A program made the position numbers and the translations under genes. Below, in pieces: positions 50,011-63,499 of a DNA stretch of 64,000 nt. Positions within the stretch are counted from its first letter, which is position 1, and each line of letters starts with the position of its first letter. The notes beneath the pieces were generated by a model. That model saw only the letters and a program-made list of their open reading frames with translations, searched no databases and was not told where the DNA came from. This DNA is from Octopus bimaculoides (lineage: Eukaryota), in the NCBI RefSeq assembly GCF_001194135.2, contig NC_068991.1, forward strand, positions 72,762,729 through 72,826,728, in the 5' to 3' direction.

Positions 50011-50969
50011 GGGTATGTAACCGTATGTGGATTGTTGGCGATTTTTCCTTAGTTTTCCTTCTTTCTCTTTGGACTTTCCTGTTTCGTTCCTGTTTCCTTC
50101 CCTTCGCCGAGCGTCAAATTAATATATTTCTTGTGCACGTCCTCGCGTTCGTTTTTTTTCTTTTTCCTCTGTTTTTTTTTCTATGTATATATGTATACAC
50201 ACAGACAAACATACTTACTTAGGGATTTCATACATTTTCCGTCTAACAAATTTGCTGTATTTGGAAACAATCAGTCCTGCTGTCATTAACGTTATTATTG
50301 TTATCTGATCGAACAGAAATACAAAAATGTTTATAATGTGATCATCCAGCATTTAAGGATTGTATATCTAGGAGCTACTTTTTCTGATATGACCATCCTT
50401 TTTTTTTTGTTTAACGATGGCTGGATGTAAAAGTGAGAGAGAATTCACTATTAGTTACACCAGGTCGGGCGATAATAGAAACTCCCTCCATTGTTTGTGT
50501 AGTTCCGTGGATTATTGATATTTCTTAGAGCCCAGATTATGCAGGTCATGCAGACCTGTCATCAAATTTGTTCCAGCGACAACACTACCATTTTATTCTT
50601 CGAAATAAAAAAGGGCTTACATTATGCAATGTTTCGTTTACTTTTTACAGACATTTGGACGCGGTTTACGGAAGATTTGTTTGCTATTTCTACAAAGTCG
50701 AGCGTTTTGCAGGAAGTTCAATTGCCGGAAGTCGAGTGATGTTTTGGCAAATCTTTCATAAAGTACTGTGTTGTTGGTATATGTGAGATGCGTTTCTGAT
50801 AAAAGTGGAGAGTGGGGAAGTTAGTCCACTAAGTGAAGAAATTAAACGAGTTAAAGGCAAAATACTTTTATCAAATTACTTTTAAATTAGTTCTGTTAAT
50901 ATCTAGTTCAAATATATTTTCTGATTTAAATACAAGGGTAAAAACTTGGATAACAGGGTATTAGTCAAT

Positions 50970-51117
50970 ATTAGCGACCCCAATTCTTGGTTAGTACCTG
51001 ATTTTATCAACTTCGAAGGAATGATTTGAGCACGGAATTGAACAGAGAACGTTAAGAGCCGAGAAAAATCCCGCAAAGCATTTTTGCGACGCTCTAACGA
51101 TTCTGCTAACACGCCTC
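50970..51117 (-). mobile_element. SINE family A, degenerate
   Basis: CTCTAACGATTCTGCTAACACGCC head complement. Confidence 0.7.
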
Positions 51118-52002
51118 TTTATTTGGTTTAAATAATGCACACAAGGAAAAACAACAACAAGAAAACAAACCATGTCGCCATTAAAAAAGATGGCTGCTAA
51201 AGACGAAAGAAGATTGATCGGTTTTTGAATGTTTAATGATAATGAGTATAAATAATTAGATATTCAGAGTTCTATATTATCAGTCTGAATTGTACAAGAT
51301 GTTCCAGTCAAGAAATTCATAAAATATAAAACGACTTTTGTTGCTTGTGTCATGGTAGCTGTCGGTGTTCAGCATATGGTGCATGTATGTCTGTGATAAT
51401 CCGGAGCTGGTTTGAGTTTCAATATTACCTCGCGGTTGTTGAGAAAAATGTCTTCAAGTACAGTATCAAATCGCCCGAACCTTTGTGAACGGAATCTTGG
51501 AGAAGGAAACTGTACGGAAACGCTTCAAAAAGTCATAGTTTCTGTTCTTTAATAGTAAGCTTTATCTGTCGTTAGACTTGACATTACTGTGTGAGATTCT
51601 TCAAGGCCTTTAGTGGTGACGGTCCTGAAAAGGTCATGGGCATATTTCTTCCTCTGTCTAATCCATCAGTTGTTTTTAATTGTGGTACACTGTTAGCCCA
51701 ACAATGGTACTTAATTTTATATCCCCCAGAAAAAAGGAAAGTAAAGTTAACCTGACCACGGTTTAATAAAACAAAAAAATTAAATCTTTCTGTGTGAAAC
51801 AAATCCTGAAATAACTCTAAGTGTTAAGTCATTTAATCTTTATTTTTGAGGCTAGTATGAATGTCATAGATTTCAGATAATTTTTATATATTAAAATTAA
51901 AAAAAAAACACAGGCTATTATTGCCTTTTGATTAACGAATCCGCCTGATGACATCACATGTGAATGTTATAAACCAACATAAAAACATTGATCCTGGATG
52001 TT

Positions 52003-52130
52003 AGTAATAAGACAATGATATAATAATGATGTAACAGTAAGCATTGAGCCTGAAGATTAGTAATAAAACAATGATATAACAAGCAAACATTGAGCTTGAA
52101 GGTTAACAATAAGGCAATGATATGATGATA
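52003..52130. repeat. Degenerate 46-55-bp tandem repeat (about 2.5 copies)
   Basis: TAGTAATAA(G/A)ACAATGATATAA...CATTGAGC(C/T)TGAAG repeated. Confidence 0.7.
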
Positions 52131-54481
52131 TGGTTGATATTAAATGATTATAATAGAAGAACATCGAGTTAGCTGTCAAGGAATATTGAATTAGGAGGTT
52201 TTTCTTTCTCCGAATTGAGTTTGTTTCTCCGAGATTGTTACTAGAAGCATTCATACAATAACGGCTCGATTTAATCATGTTTACACGCAGTTTTTGTAAC
52301 AATTAGCCTTCTATCTAAAGACCACATTTACTAATATTATTGTTGTTTTCTGCTGACACCCCAAAGTAATCCATGTGTCAGAGAGTAAATCAGTAAAATG
52401 AATATTTTTTTTAAAGGAGGCGGACCATACCTCATGGTCGTTGATTTTATAGGGATTTTGAGAATATGGAAAAAATGAAGAAATCATCGCTTATAAATCA
52501 TTTTCGGGCAGTGGATGCCTTAAGTAGACTTCACCTAAGGAATTTAAAGGCCAGGTAGCGGAGGTTACCACCCAAGTGCTGGTACTGTCCACCCGAAGCA
52601 CTGTCGCAAAGTTTATGTCAGCCCAGTAGCACTCACAGAAACGTGTCCAACATGTGGAGATGTGTTGTTGAATCTGGAAGCCCATAGCTGGGAAATGAAT
52701 GTCTTAACAATACAAAAATGTTACCTTATCTGGTCTTATAGTAACTGAATCGACGTTTCACTTCAGCTTAGAATCACGAATGTCGTTCTCAAATGCGCAA
52801 TTCCTACGCTATGTGGTTCCTCAATAAATATTGCCAGCCGTTTATTTTCAGTCAAGTACCACTGCATATAATGTCAGTAATGATAACATTGATATAAAGA
52901 GTCTACAAGCAAGTGAGAAAATAGGTGGATTTTTAGAGTTATCACAGGTAACGTGTCTTTAACAAGGTTCGAACTATTAAGTTTTCTTGATAATTGGGTA
53001 TTTTACTCCCAAACAGTGAGTCTGTTGACCATTTAGCATTCATTAGTAAATCCAAAGACTTTAACATTGAAGACATATCTTCTAAGCAGAATTCCTCGTT
53101 TTGCTCGTCAACAAAGCAAAGATCTGGCAGTTAAAGCAAAGTAAAATCTGAACATAAAATTTCCAGTAATCGTCTATTTTTTTATGTCTTGATTTTGCAA
53201 TATAAAGTCTTAGCAATTTTCTCTGTATTTAAAATTTTGTACAATAGGGTTATATTGTGAGACATTTCCTTAATCTAGAATGAAGTACATAACACAGTAA
53301 AGCCAAACGGAAACGAAGGAAAACCTAATCGATCAATGTGAATGGGAAGCAAAGTAAATCTGGCAATAAATACTACTTATACAGAGGAAATTAAATATTT
53401 CACATTCTTTTTATCGCTTAGACAGCGGACATTGCTTGTGACTATTTCTTGTGAGAAATAAACCACAGAAAGAAGAAAAAAAATCAAGTAAGTTAACTCT
53501 AAACAACAAACCTACTACTATAGTGATTATAAATGATTGAAAGTCACTATAAAATATTTTAGAGCAGACAATGTAATCTCAACAATTTAACAATATTTTG
53601 CAGACGACCAGAAGAGTGCGTGGCTGAGAATATAGTAAATATTTATAGAAACTGGACTAATTCAGACACTATTTTGTTTTCATTTTTAGCAGCAAGTATG
53701 CTGGCTTTCATTCCGTGTATGATCAAATCTGCATTAAAATAATTTTGTCGCTCTTTTTGAATAAATGGCAAGGACCATTTAACTCATAAAAATGGCATGT
53801 CTTTTAATAATGCACAAATATGATAATAGATTTAACTAATTGCATCTCTCTGAGCATTAATCAATTAATTTTGTCAAATACTATCTCTTGAAGTAGTCGG
53901 ACGATTTTAATTCGATTACAACTTTGAATTACAAATAGTTGGCACATGTACCATAAGGTTACAATCCAATTTTGGCATTCAGTTGTGTTCCTGGCAAAAA
54001 CACTTAACATTTCTTATTTAATAACCCTGCCTAATTAGAAAGTAAGTGGCTACTTGAACGAGAAGTTAACTTACGATAATGTTAGTATCTTATACGGTGC
54101 AGATTTGACTTTAATTTTACAGGATATTGACAAAAATAGTGGGCGGTTAAAGATGAAACTAAAGGCTAATGTAAGTTTGCTCCGATTAATTAGATTTAAT
54201 CGCTTGTTCACGAGTAGGGCGCAATGAAAATGAAAATATAAAGGCTAATTCAATTTATGATAATACATAATTTGGAATTTATGGTTTACTTCGAAAATCG
54301 AATAAGGATAAAATCTTAAATATCCATTATTATAGATACAAGTGGGAAGTCGAAAATTATCGACACTTTCACCCACACTTTCCTTAGGTTGGCTGCACTC
54401 CGTTCAGCGTTCGCCTGTGAAAAGGTAGCGAACTTATGGTTACGTAACCGAAGTTTGACCCTGATCGATCCAGTCTTCTTA

Positions 54482-55410
54482 ATGCCCACTGCGCTGGCAA
54501 TGTGCACTAAGGAAGAACAGAGATCAGTGATCCAATTTCTCCGGTCTGAAAATGTTTCAGGGACTGAAATTAATCAAAGAATATGTGGACAACGATCTAC
54601 TATGAATGAGTGTGAATGAGTGGATCGAGAAGTTTGAAAATGGCCAGCCAAACGTGAAGCGCGAAGAGGGTGCAGGACGCTCATGAACCGCCACCAACAA
54701 ATCCAAGAAGTTCGAGAGATGATTGTGGCGAACAGACGAATGATCATCGATGAGGTGGTATGTTCTTTGAAAATTAGTCATGGTTCTGCATACGAACTCA
54801 TCCATGACAAGCTTCGCTTCCGTAAAGTCTGTGAGAGATGAGTGCTAAAAAATCTTATCAATATGAAGTCACATGGAGATCTGTCAACGCTTACTCGTCC
54901 TCTACAAAGGTGAAGCTTTTATGAAGAGAATAGTCTCGAGAGATGAGAACTGGGCCCATCACTTTGAGCCAAAAGTCAAAAGGTAGACTATGGAGTGGAA
55001 GCAGCCGTAATCGCCAGTGAAAATAAAATTCAATGTTCGACCTTGTACAGAAAAGTGAGGCTAATCATTTTTGGGGACGAAAAAGGGGTGTGTACTAAAA
55101 CATTACCTGAAAAAGAGGTTTACAGTCGCCAGTGTAGGCTACAGTGAAATGCTGGGTTATGGTTTCACGAAAATGTATGCCCTCTACGGCCTCCCACATC
55201 ATTGAAACCATTGAAAAAGGTTCTGAGTTGCTGGAATACTGTATACAGACTAGATCTCGCTCCTTCAGACTATCACACTTTTGGACCACTAGAACATCCT
55301 TTATGGGATCGTTGATTTGCTACGGATGAAGAAATGCGGGAAACGGTGCATCAACGCCTGCAAGACTCACCGAAAATCGAGTATACAAGGACAAGGAACA
55401 TATCGAAAAC
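54482..55410 (+). pseudogene. mariner transposase pseudogene (irritans/Hsmar2-like by motifs)
   Basis: MCTKEEQRSVIQFL, EWIEKFENG, KISHGSAYELIHDKLRFRKVC, RIVSRDENWAHHFEP, MEWK, DLAPSDYH.FGPL, FATDEEMRETV; many stops and indels; TIRs not clear. Confidence 0.9.
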
Positions 55411-56351
55411 ATTGTCTTTTTCAAATTTGGTTGACAAGATTCAAATTGATGAAAGCAGACTAATTTCATAAACTCTTGGTGTCTTGTGAGCATTACCCAT
55501 CTTTAATTCATAGTTCTCCTACGCACTCAGCTTGTATAATCCTAGTTTTTCAAATATCATAACGAGGCTATTCTAGATAGATAACGTAGCAGCAAGGTTT
55601 TATAAATCTAAAGATTTCATAGTTCTCTCTTCTATTTAGCTTGCCTGATCCGAGTTTGTTTATATACAATCTCGCTTATGATGCTGTTCTAGATAGCTAC
55701 CTATGCAATAAGGTTCTACTAATCTTTTAAAGGAAGGCACAAACATTACATCTTCCTATTTAATCTCTCATCCATTAAACATTTGGTGGTTTGATTAAAA
55801 AAAAGTCAACAAATAAAAAAAAAAAAGTTCCAAAGCATTCGATTGATTCTTCTAACTAACCAATCCTCTGATTCTACCAAGAAATCAATTTCGCAATTCA
55901 ACAATGCCTATTATAGAAACTGTATTATTTAACTTTAGAATATATCCACACGCAAAAGAACATTTACTTTACCGTTTCCTTTGTGGTTGCTAACATGGAA
56001 CAACTAATAACTACGTAGCTTCGTGTGAGACAATGCTTCTCGTTGAGTTGCGTTTTATTCAAGATATACTTACTAAAACTCGAGGGAGAACATTCCTTAT
56101 TGTATTTTTTTCTTACAGAATCTTCTTACGGTTTAATTGTTCCTCACTTTATTAGTAGAACTATTTATTTAGCGTCATACTTTTGATGAGACACGAAGAT
56201 GCAAAAGATATTTCCAGTAAGCTTTTATAATTAATGAAAGAAGTCGTTCGGGGGCATTGATGATGTGTTAATAATATTCATCGAGCGCATCTGCCAGTAT
56301 ATGGCTGTGTGTGTGGATATATAGATACATACACACACGCATACATACATA

Positions 56352-56401
<50 letters not shown>

Positions 56402-57771
56402 CGAATGTGTGTGCGCGCGTGCATGTGTGTATATGTGTGTGTGTGTGTGTGTGCGTGATTAAGCGACTGAGAATGTGTATAAGTATAAAAATATGCATTG
56501 TGTGTATCCACATACGAATATCGCTTTTTTTCGCACGCTTTTCTTTTTACCTTCTTTTCATGCGTTTTTCGTTCTTTATAAATGTTACTTTTTCAGATTG
56601 CATCGTTAGCAGCAATTGTTTAATGGTGAAAGTCTAGCAATCGGCACGTGATTATAACTTTGAATTATCATTGTCAAGACAATAAGAATCGTTAGTCGTT
56701 TAGAAATCGAGCAAAACAAAAGTCCGAATCAAATCAAATTCGTTGGAGATGTGTGTGATATTGGTTTCTGTTTTGACTACGTGCGAGGTCAGCTTTAATA
56801 TGATGTGAGAAGTATAATCAAAAGAATTAACTTTCATATATTACTGGTAACTTATTGAAGTTAATCTCACCTAGAAAGCAGAGTAATGTAGATAAATAAT
56901 TCTATAGTCACGGCTATCATTTTGAAGATGTGTTAATTTGGTGTCTTACTTAAAGGTAAAAGTGATAAAGTGTGATGCTAAATGATATAGATAATTAGAT
57001 TAATTGCGCTGTATTAATACTATTATGATGAAAGGCAACGCCAAAGCAAACAAGGAAAACTTGCTTTGCGATTGATTTGCTTGGGGTATGATAATGGGTA
57101 TTTCATGTATACTATTAATTATGGAATTGTTATGGCGTTGTTCCATCATTATGGTTTTCGAAATTAGTAGTGCCTGGAGTATCTGCACCTCAAAGAAATA
57201 CTGCAATTGTTGGGATTTTAAGTCTTACTCGCCCTTTGAATTACAAGAAGTATTCTTTCTCAATACTCAGTCGTAGAATATTTTTTGCTTTGTTTGAAGA
57301 AATCTCATAAATACTAGAATCGATTGATTAAATTGAGTCCAAAACTTTTAATAATTGGAAGTCCCTCTGAACAAGACGTCAAGCAACCAGCAATAAAATA
57401 AGGCTGAAGCATTCACTTAGTGTGTTTGAGTTACGAAAGAAGAACCGTAAAACGATGAACGGAAGACCTAAAATAATTAAGATGATATTTATGTGTGAAA
57501 TGAGAAGGAATGGAGCTGTATAAAACAAATGTTTGTAGAAAGAAACAACAACGGTAGAAATACTTCTTAGAAGAGGGGACAACAACAGTGAAAGACGACT
57601 CACTGGATTAGTAACCTTGATGCGCCTAGCTTCTTAACCACAGGGTCATGCTTGCGCTGCTTTTAAGTCCATAATATATATTTTACACGTGTTTCTGTGC
57701 ATGCATTGGGCGTACAATCACTTACGCAAAAACACGTTCACAACACTCACAAATGCAGGAAAGGATGGATG

Positions 57772-57958
57772 GATCTCCATCGGTATCGACGACGAGAATT
57801 CAGTTGTTTCATCAACTGAATTCCCTACTTATTGAATTAGCTTATAAGTAGCTGAGTATTCCTCAGACACGTGTACTGTTAAGATGATTCTCAGACAGAA
57901 TCAGTGCGTGTCTGTGACACAGTACGGGACAACGCTGGACAGTTTGAATTTCAGGTGC
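57772..57958 (-). mobile_element. Old SINE family C-related 3' fragment
   Basis: GCTGAGTATTCCTCAGACACGTGTACTGTTAA...GACAACGCTGG matches the reverse complement of the 42880-43058 tail. Confidence 0.7.
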
Positions 57959-58128
57959 AATCTATCTGGTAGGGATTCTGTACAGTTTCCATCAACTTAA
58001 TTTGATTCGGATATAGATTAAGCCGCGGCTATAGAAAATGACATTTGCCTAAGATGTTATGTATTGGAATCGAACCCAGACGTCATTGCTGCGAATCGAA
58101 CGTCTTTGATATTTTGGCCATCCTGCGC

Positions 58129-58183
<55 letters not shown>

Positions 58184-58490
58184 NNNNNNNNNNNNNNNNN
58201 NNNNNNNNNNNNNNNNNNNNNNNNNNNNNNNNNNNNNNNNNNNNNNNNNNNNNNNNNNNNNNNNNNNNNNNNNNNNNNNNNNNNNNNNNNNNNNNNNNNN
58301 NNNNNNNNNNNNNNNNNNNNNNNNNNNNNNNNNNNNNNNNNNNNNNNNNNNNNNNNNNNNNNNNNNNNNNNNNNNNNNNNNNNNNNNNNNNNNNNNNNNN
58401 NNNNNNNNNNNNNNNNNNNNNNNNNNNNNNTACTATTATCATCATCATGGACATCACCACTAACGCCATCGTTGTCATGTTCTTAACATA

Positions 58491-58565
58491 CCACCAGCAC
58501 CAGCACCACCAGCACCACCACCACCACCACCAGCACCACCACCACCACCAGCACCACCACCACCG
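58491..58565. repeat. (CAC)n/(CAGCAC)n repeat
   Basis: Directly visible. Confidence 0.95.
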
Positions 58566-59562
58566 TTACCCTCAACTATTATCCCACTCGTCAGTACCAT
58601 CGTCATCACCGTCATCACCGCCATCGCCGCCATGATAACCACACTTACTATCACCATCACCAACAAGCAGCCACAGAAATCTAATTCTTTTATTCCGTTC
58701 CGAACGGTGACTACGGAATCCGATGCATTCTTTCATACGCTTGTCTATCTCTCAGCAATGCAATCCAACAGATTGTTCATTCAAGTGTACGCTAATCCAT
58801 CCGTCAATTCATTTATCCATCAATCTATCCATAAAACCGCAACCCGTCGATATAATCCATTCATCTACCTATCCATTTGTTCATTCATCTAACTAGTTAG
58901 CTATCAATTTCTGCTTATATCAGCCAGCCAGTGAAGCAGGTAGCCAACCAAAGCAGCCATTTGTTTGCCCACCAATCTCATATATCTTCAAAGTATCTCG
59001 GCGCAGGAGAAGCCTGTTTCGCTAAGAACATTAATTACCATTTATTCTGCAATGGTAATGATATTTAGTTGAGTTTGTGGGGCAGAGACCTATTGAGCGA
59101 ATAACCACTGGTTCGAATCTCAGTAGTGTCGTTAATCAGTTTGCTTCCTTATTTTGTGTAGGACTACATAAGCCAATGCCTCCTTCCTTCTCTAAGACGG
59201 CAGGGTGCAGTTTGAGCTGAGAAAGATTTGGCTATTATTATTATTATTATTATTAGTAGTAGTAGTATTTTCTTCAATTGGTTATCAACGTGTCATGCTT
59301 ATCACTTATGTGGTACAGCTACGCAGCTGCTTGACCTGCTAGAAATAGCGATTAAATTGCCTTGAAACCTTGTCCTACTGTCTTATAAAAGGAAAATTAC
59401 ACTGGATAATACAGTCATGGGTACATTGTACTTGCAAAAGAAACGGGATGGCCACAGCTTGGACGCCTTTGATCGCAAGTTCACTAAATCAGCAGTCACC
59501 ATGGGACCATCATCATCATCATCATCACCGTCATCATAATCAGCAGCAGCATTTATTAATAC

Positions 59563-59593
<31 letters not shown>

Positions 59594-60065
59594 ATATAAA
59601 GACCATACTTTGTAAATGATGTGTACTTTCGAGTTGTTTTTGTTTTTAGTTCTGTGCTTAAATGTGGAGTAAGAAATATGGTTCTGATCCTCACGCCTGT
59701 TGATTTAGTTTCGATACCCACTGGGAGACATCTTAGTTCATTCACATTGCCAACAAGAATTATATTAATCCTTCATTTCTAACTTTATATTGGTTTAGGT
59801 GTCACTGTATTGAATATTCAACGCTGCAGAATTTTACGATCCCTGGATTGGGTGGTTAGAAAGTCCGCTTCACACACATCAACAGGTCTCACGTTCGGTT
59901 CCATTGACTGGTATACGAAGCAAGTGCATTTACCATGGACTCGGGTCGTCAGAAGTATTTTGTGAGTGGATGGAAACTGTATCGAAGCACATCAGTTTGA
60001 CTGTGCCTGTTATTCAAAAGTCCTCCCTTGTCACACTCATATCACGCTGATCCTACCAGAGAATT

Positions 60066-60528
60066 CTTTTCTACTCTTGGCACAAGGCCCGAAATTTTTG
60101 TGGAGGAGGCCAGTCGATTAGATCGACCCCAGTACGCAACTGGTACTTAATTTATCGACCCCAGTACGCAACTGGTATTTAATTTATCAACCCCGAAAGG
60201 ATTAAAGGTAAAGTCGACCTCGGCGGAATTTGAAATCGGAACGTAAAGACAGACGAAATACTGCTAAGTATTTCGCCTGGCGAGATAACGTTTCTTATTT
60301 CTTCATTGCCACAAGGAACTAAACATAGAGGGGACAAACAAGGACAGAAAAACGGATTAAGTGGATTACATCGACCCCAGTGTGTAACTGGTACTTAATT
60401 TATCGACCCCGAAAGGATGAAAGGCAGAGTCGACCTCGGCGGAATTTGAACTCAGAACGTAAAGACAGACAAAATACCGCTAAGCATTTCACCCGGCGTG
60501 CTAACGTTTCTGCCAGCTCGCCGCCTTA
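60066..60528 (-). mobile_element. SINE family A dimer with 16-bp TSD, nested in an older SINE
   Basis: TSD ATCCTACCAGAGAATT (60050-60065) / ATCCTATCAGAGAATT (60529-60544); period about 216 bp. Confidence 0.92.
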
Positions 60529-61139
60529 ATCCTATCAGAGAATTACGTTAAAGGTAAACCAGTCTGTGAGATATGGAGATACTGAACCACATCGAACGCT
60601 AAATTCAACGTATAGGTTATCCAGGTGATCAACAGAATGTACTAAAATTTATTCCCTGCTATCTATTACTTGTATATTGAAGAATATTTACTTTACATTG
60701 TAAACATTAATTTAATAGGTGTTTTGTTCAAATGCTCAATTGCTGCACCCGCATATAATGGAGGACGCGTGTCGGTTTCGAAGCTGTATATTCAAATGTT
60801 TGGTCAATTGAATATTCAGCTTTTGAATTACCGTGTAAATGGCTGAGCATTCGACAGACATCCATAACATAATCCCCTTGAGGAATCACTGTTAACGTTA
60901 TACTTTTTGAATTTCAAGTAGAATTCGCCCCTTGAGCTTCAATGCCGTTTGTCAACAAAATTTTCCTCAGAATGTATAAGTCGAATCGACACTATATATA
61001 AACAAAATGACAGCTACCTAACACACTGGGATCTTGTTTCGAAGCAAATTTTCTAAACATTCGACCATACTTTAGCTGCGCCCAAAATGAGCAGCGCCAC
61101 TTGAGCAGTTGGTAGTGACCTTAGGGTGAGACAAACCTT

Positions 61140-61350
61140 CTTAGATACCTACAGGATGTGACGACCCTGTCCAACATGACACCCAGACTCGGTTACTGGC
61201 TTCAGCTGACGAGACGTAGAATGAGCCCTTATCCAGGGTTACAGATCCCTACCTCAACTTCGAAATTCTGGACTGAGATCCCGTAAGCCGGTGCCAGGCC
61301 CGTGGTGAAACAAGAGGAAGAATGGCAAGCAAGATTAACAACCTTGCATT
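61140..61350 (+). mobile_element. Possible RTE 5'UTR-type relic
   Basis: GCCGGTGCCAGGCCCGTGGTGAAACAAGAGGAAG resembles the RTE 5' block GCCGGTCCCAAGCCCGG.TAAA..GGAGG (from memory). Confidence 0.35.
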
Positions 61351-61452
61351 CAGTATCCAAATATCTTCAGAAATGACGACACGTCACGTGGCTCTCCATG
61401 GGAAGCGGAAGGGATTAATACTTAGACTGATACTAAGAATTGAACCATAGTA

Positions 61453-61504
61453 TGGACACACACTATCGTGTGGACACACGATATCGTGTGGACACACACT
61501 ATCG
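61453..61504. repeat. 18-bp tandem repeat x3 (TGGACACACACTATCGTG)
   Basis: Directly visible. Confidence 0.9.
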
Positions 61505-62526
61505 ACTTGTAATTCTGTAATTGCCAAACGAGATCCACCATATAATTGTCCAACCTTTCGAATCAGCAGACTCCGCGATGTCTTGTCATTCATGGAAATA
61601 ACATGAAACGTTCTTAATTACAGTTGATTTCTCTATTTGTAACACTTCAAAAACAACAAATGAAATATCTCCAGACTTAAGACCTGTCTCTTACGCCAAT
61701 GAGATCTTTTTTTTTCCTTTTCGTTTTTGTTCTCTTACAGTTCACAGCCCGAGGTTAGTAAAAAGATACGTTAAAGACAGTTTGCAGTAAGCTTTGAAAT
61801 AAATTGAATGTACAAGATCATAAGATATTGTTATATTGGCAGAAAGCTTCAAACATATATTCGTGGAATCGATTCGTGTGATGTTCATACATTTCCCAAG
61901 GGTATTCATTATTTTCTTCTTATTTCCTTTTCTATCCCTTTCTTATTTTCCTCATTACTCTTCTTTGTTATCTTCAACATTCTAACATCATTCTTTCTCT
62001 CTTCTTTCCTTCTTCCCCATATATTTTACTCACTCCACATTTAAACTCTCAACCTTTCTATACGCTTCTTGTTTCTTCAACGGTTTTTATCATTACTGTT
62101 AGTTATTCTTTTCTCACGCTGCACGTGAAAATTTTGAATATCATTAAACTGATATTTTCCCTTTCACTATTCCATCAATTTCTTACGTTTTCATTTCATT
62201 TCACTAATGTTGACAAAAGCCAGCAATTTTTGAAGAGTGAGTGTTGGTCGATTACTTCAATTCCAGTTCTTGACAGGGACTTTATTTTAATCAGGTCTGG
62301 AGAAACAAAAGTCAAAGCTGATCTTGGCAATCTCATATATCTTCAAAGTCACAGAACGCAGAAGAAACCTCTTTCTCAGAGTAAGAACCATAATTACCAT
62401 TTATTTTACGAAGACATTGATTGTAAGTTGAGGTTTTAGCATAAAATCCTGATAAGAGAATAGCCATTGTTTCAAATCTCATTAGCTGTATTGAGCCTTT
62501 AGTATCTTTATTAGGTATAGCGCAGT

Positions 62527-62910
62527 GAAGGCGCAATGGCCCAGTGGTTAGGGCAGCGGAATCGCGGTCATAGGATCGCGGTTTCGATTCCCAGACCGGG
62601 CATTGTGAGTGTTTATAGAGCGAAAACACCTAAAGCTCCACGAGACTCCGACAGGGGATGGTGGCGAACCCTGCTGTACTCTTACACCACAACTTTCTCT
62701 CACTCTTACTTCCTGTTTCTGTTGTGCTTGTAATTCAAAGGGTCAGCCTTGTCACACTGTGTCACGCTGAATATCCCCGAGAACTACATTAAGGGTACAC
62801 GTGTCTGTGGAGTGCTCAGCCACTTGCACATTAATTTGACGAGCAGGCTGTTCCGTTGATCGGATCAACTGGAACCCTCGACGTCGTAAGCGACGGAGTG
62901 CCAACAACAA
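62527..62910 (+). mobile_element. Young full-length SINE family C
   Basis: Nearly collinear with 42688-43068; no clear TSD. Confidence 0.92.
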
Positions 62911-63049
62911 TTTTCCCTGTGACTTCGAGAAAAATATTAATGTCAAAACTTTGATTTTATTTCTCCGCAGATTTAATATATCAGTCATTAAGCTTTTGTG
63001 TTTATGATTTAGCCATAATAGGAACGTCAGCATCCATGAATGGAGAAAA

Positions 63050-63480
63050 AGGATTCCAGTCAGTAGACCTGGTCGGAATCCTTATCATGGAATTGACCCT
63101 TGTAAAAGCATACAGAAGCCAGGTAGCAATACTAAGCCGGGCTACGCATTAATTGTGGCACGCAACGTTTCCAATCTTTGTATACTCCGCTCGTTCCCAA
63201 AGTCAGTCTGAGGCAGAAGGGAAGTGACCATTCCTTTTACGGGTTTTCTCAATCCTCAACATTTGTAAGTCAGTATTTGATGAGAGAATGCCAGAGGGTG
63301 TCAGTCTGGAGAAGGCATAGGATAAGATTTTGGCCTGGAGTCTTGGCACAATGAAGAAAGCAGGAAAAGAAATTGGCGCATCGAATGAAGATGGTATGGG
63401 GCTACCAGGTCCATTTTTAGAGACACGTAAACTTGCTAATCACGGCAGAAGTATTTTTGTGCGGAAACTGGAAAGTGAGT
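63050..63480 (-). pseudogene. CR1/L2-clade LINE reverse-transcriptase relic
   Basis: In order: NGPGSPIP (GPDGIP-like), GHFPS..LWERA, GFRP-RSTD (GFR..RST); frameshifted. Confidence 0.45.
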
Positions 63481-63499
63481 GACAGGTGTAGGTAAAAAA

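Noticed and set aside
60780-60825. About 15-bp stem followed by CGAAAC on the minus strand
   Set aside because: No CUGANGA upstream; just a hairpin.
61453-61504. Regularly spaced short repeats (also 14031-14143 and 7477-7522)
   Set aside because: No unique spacers; these are minisatellites, not CRISPR-like arrays.
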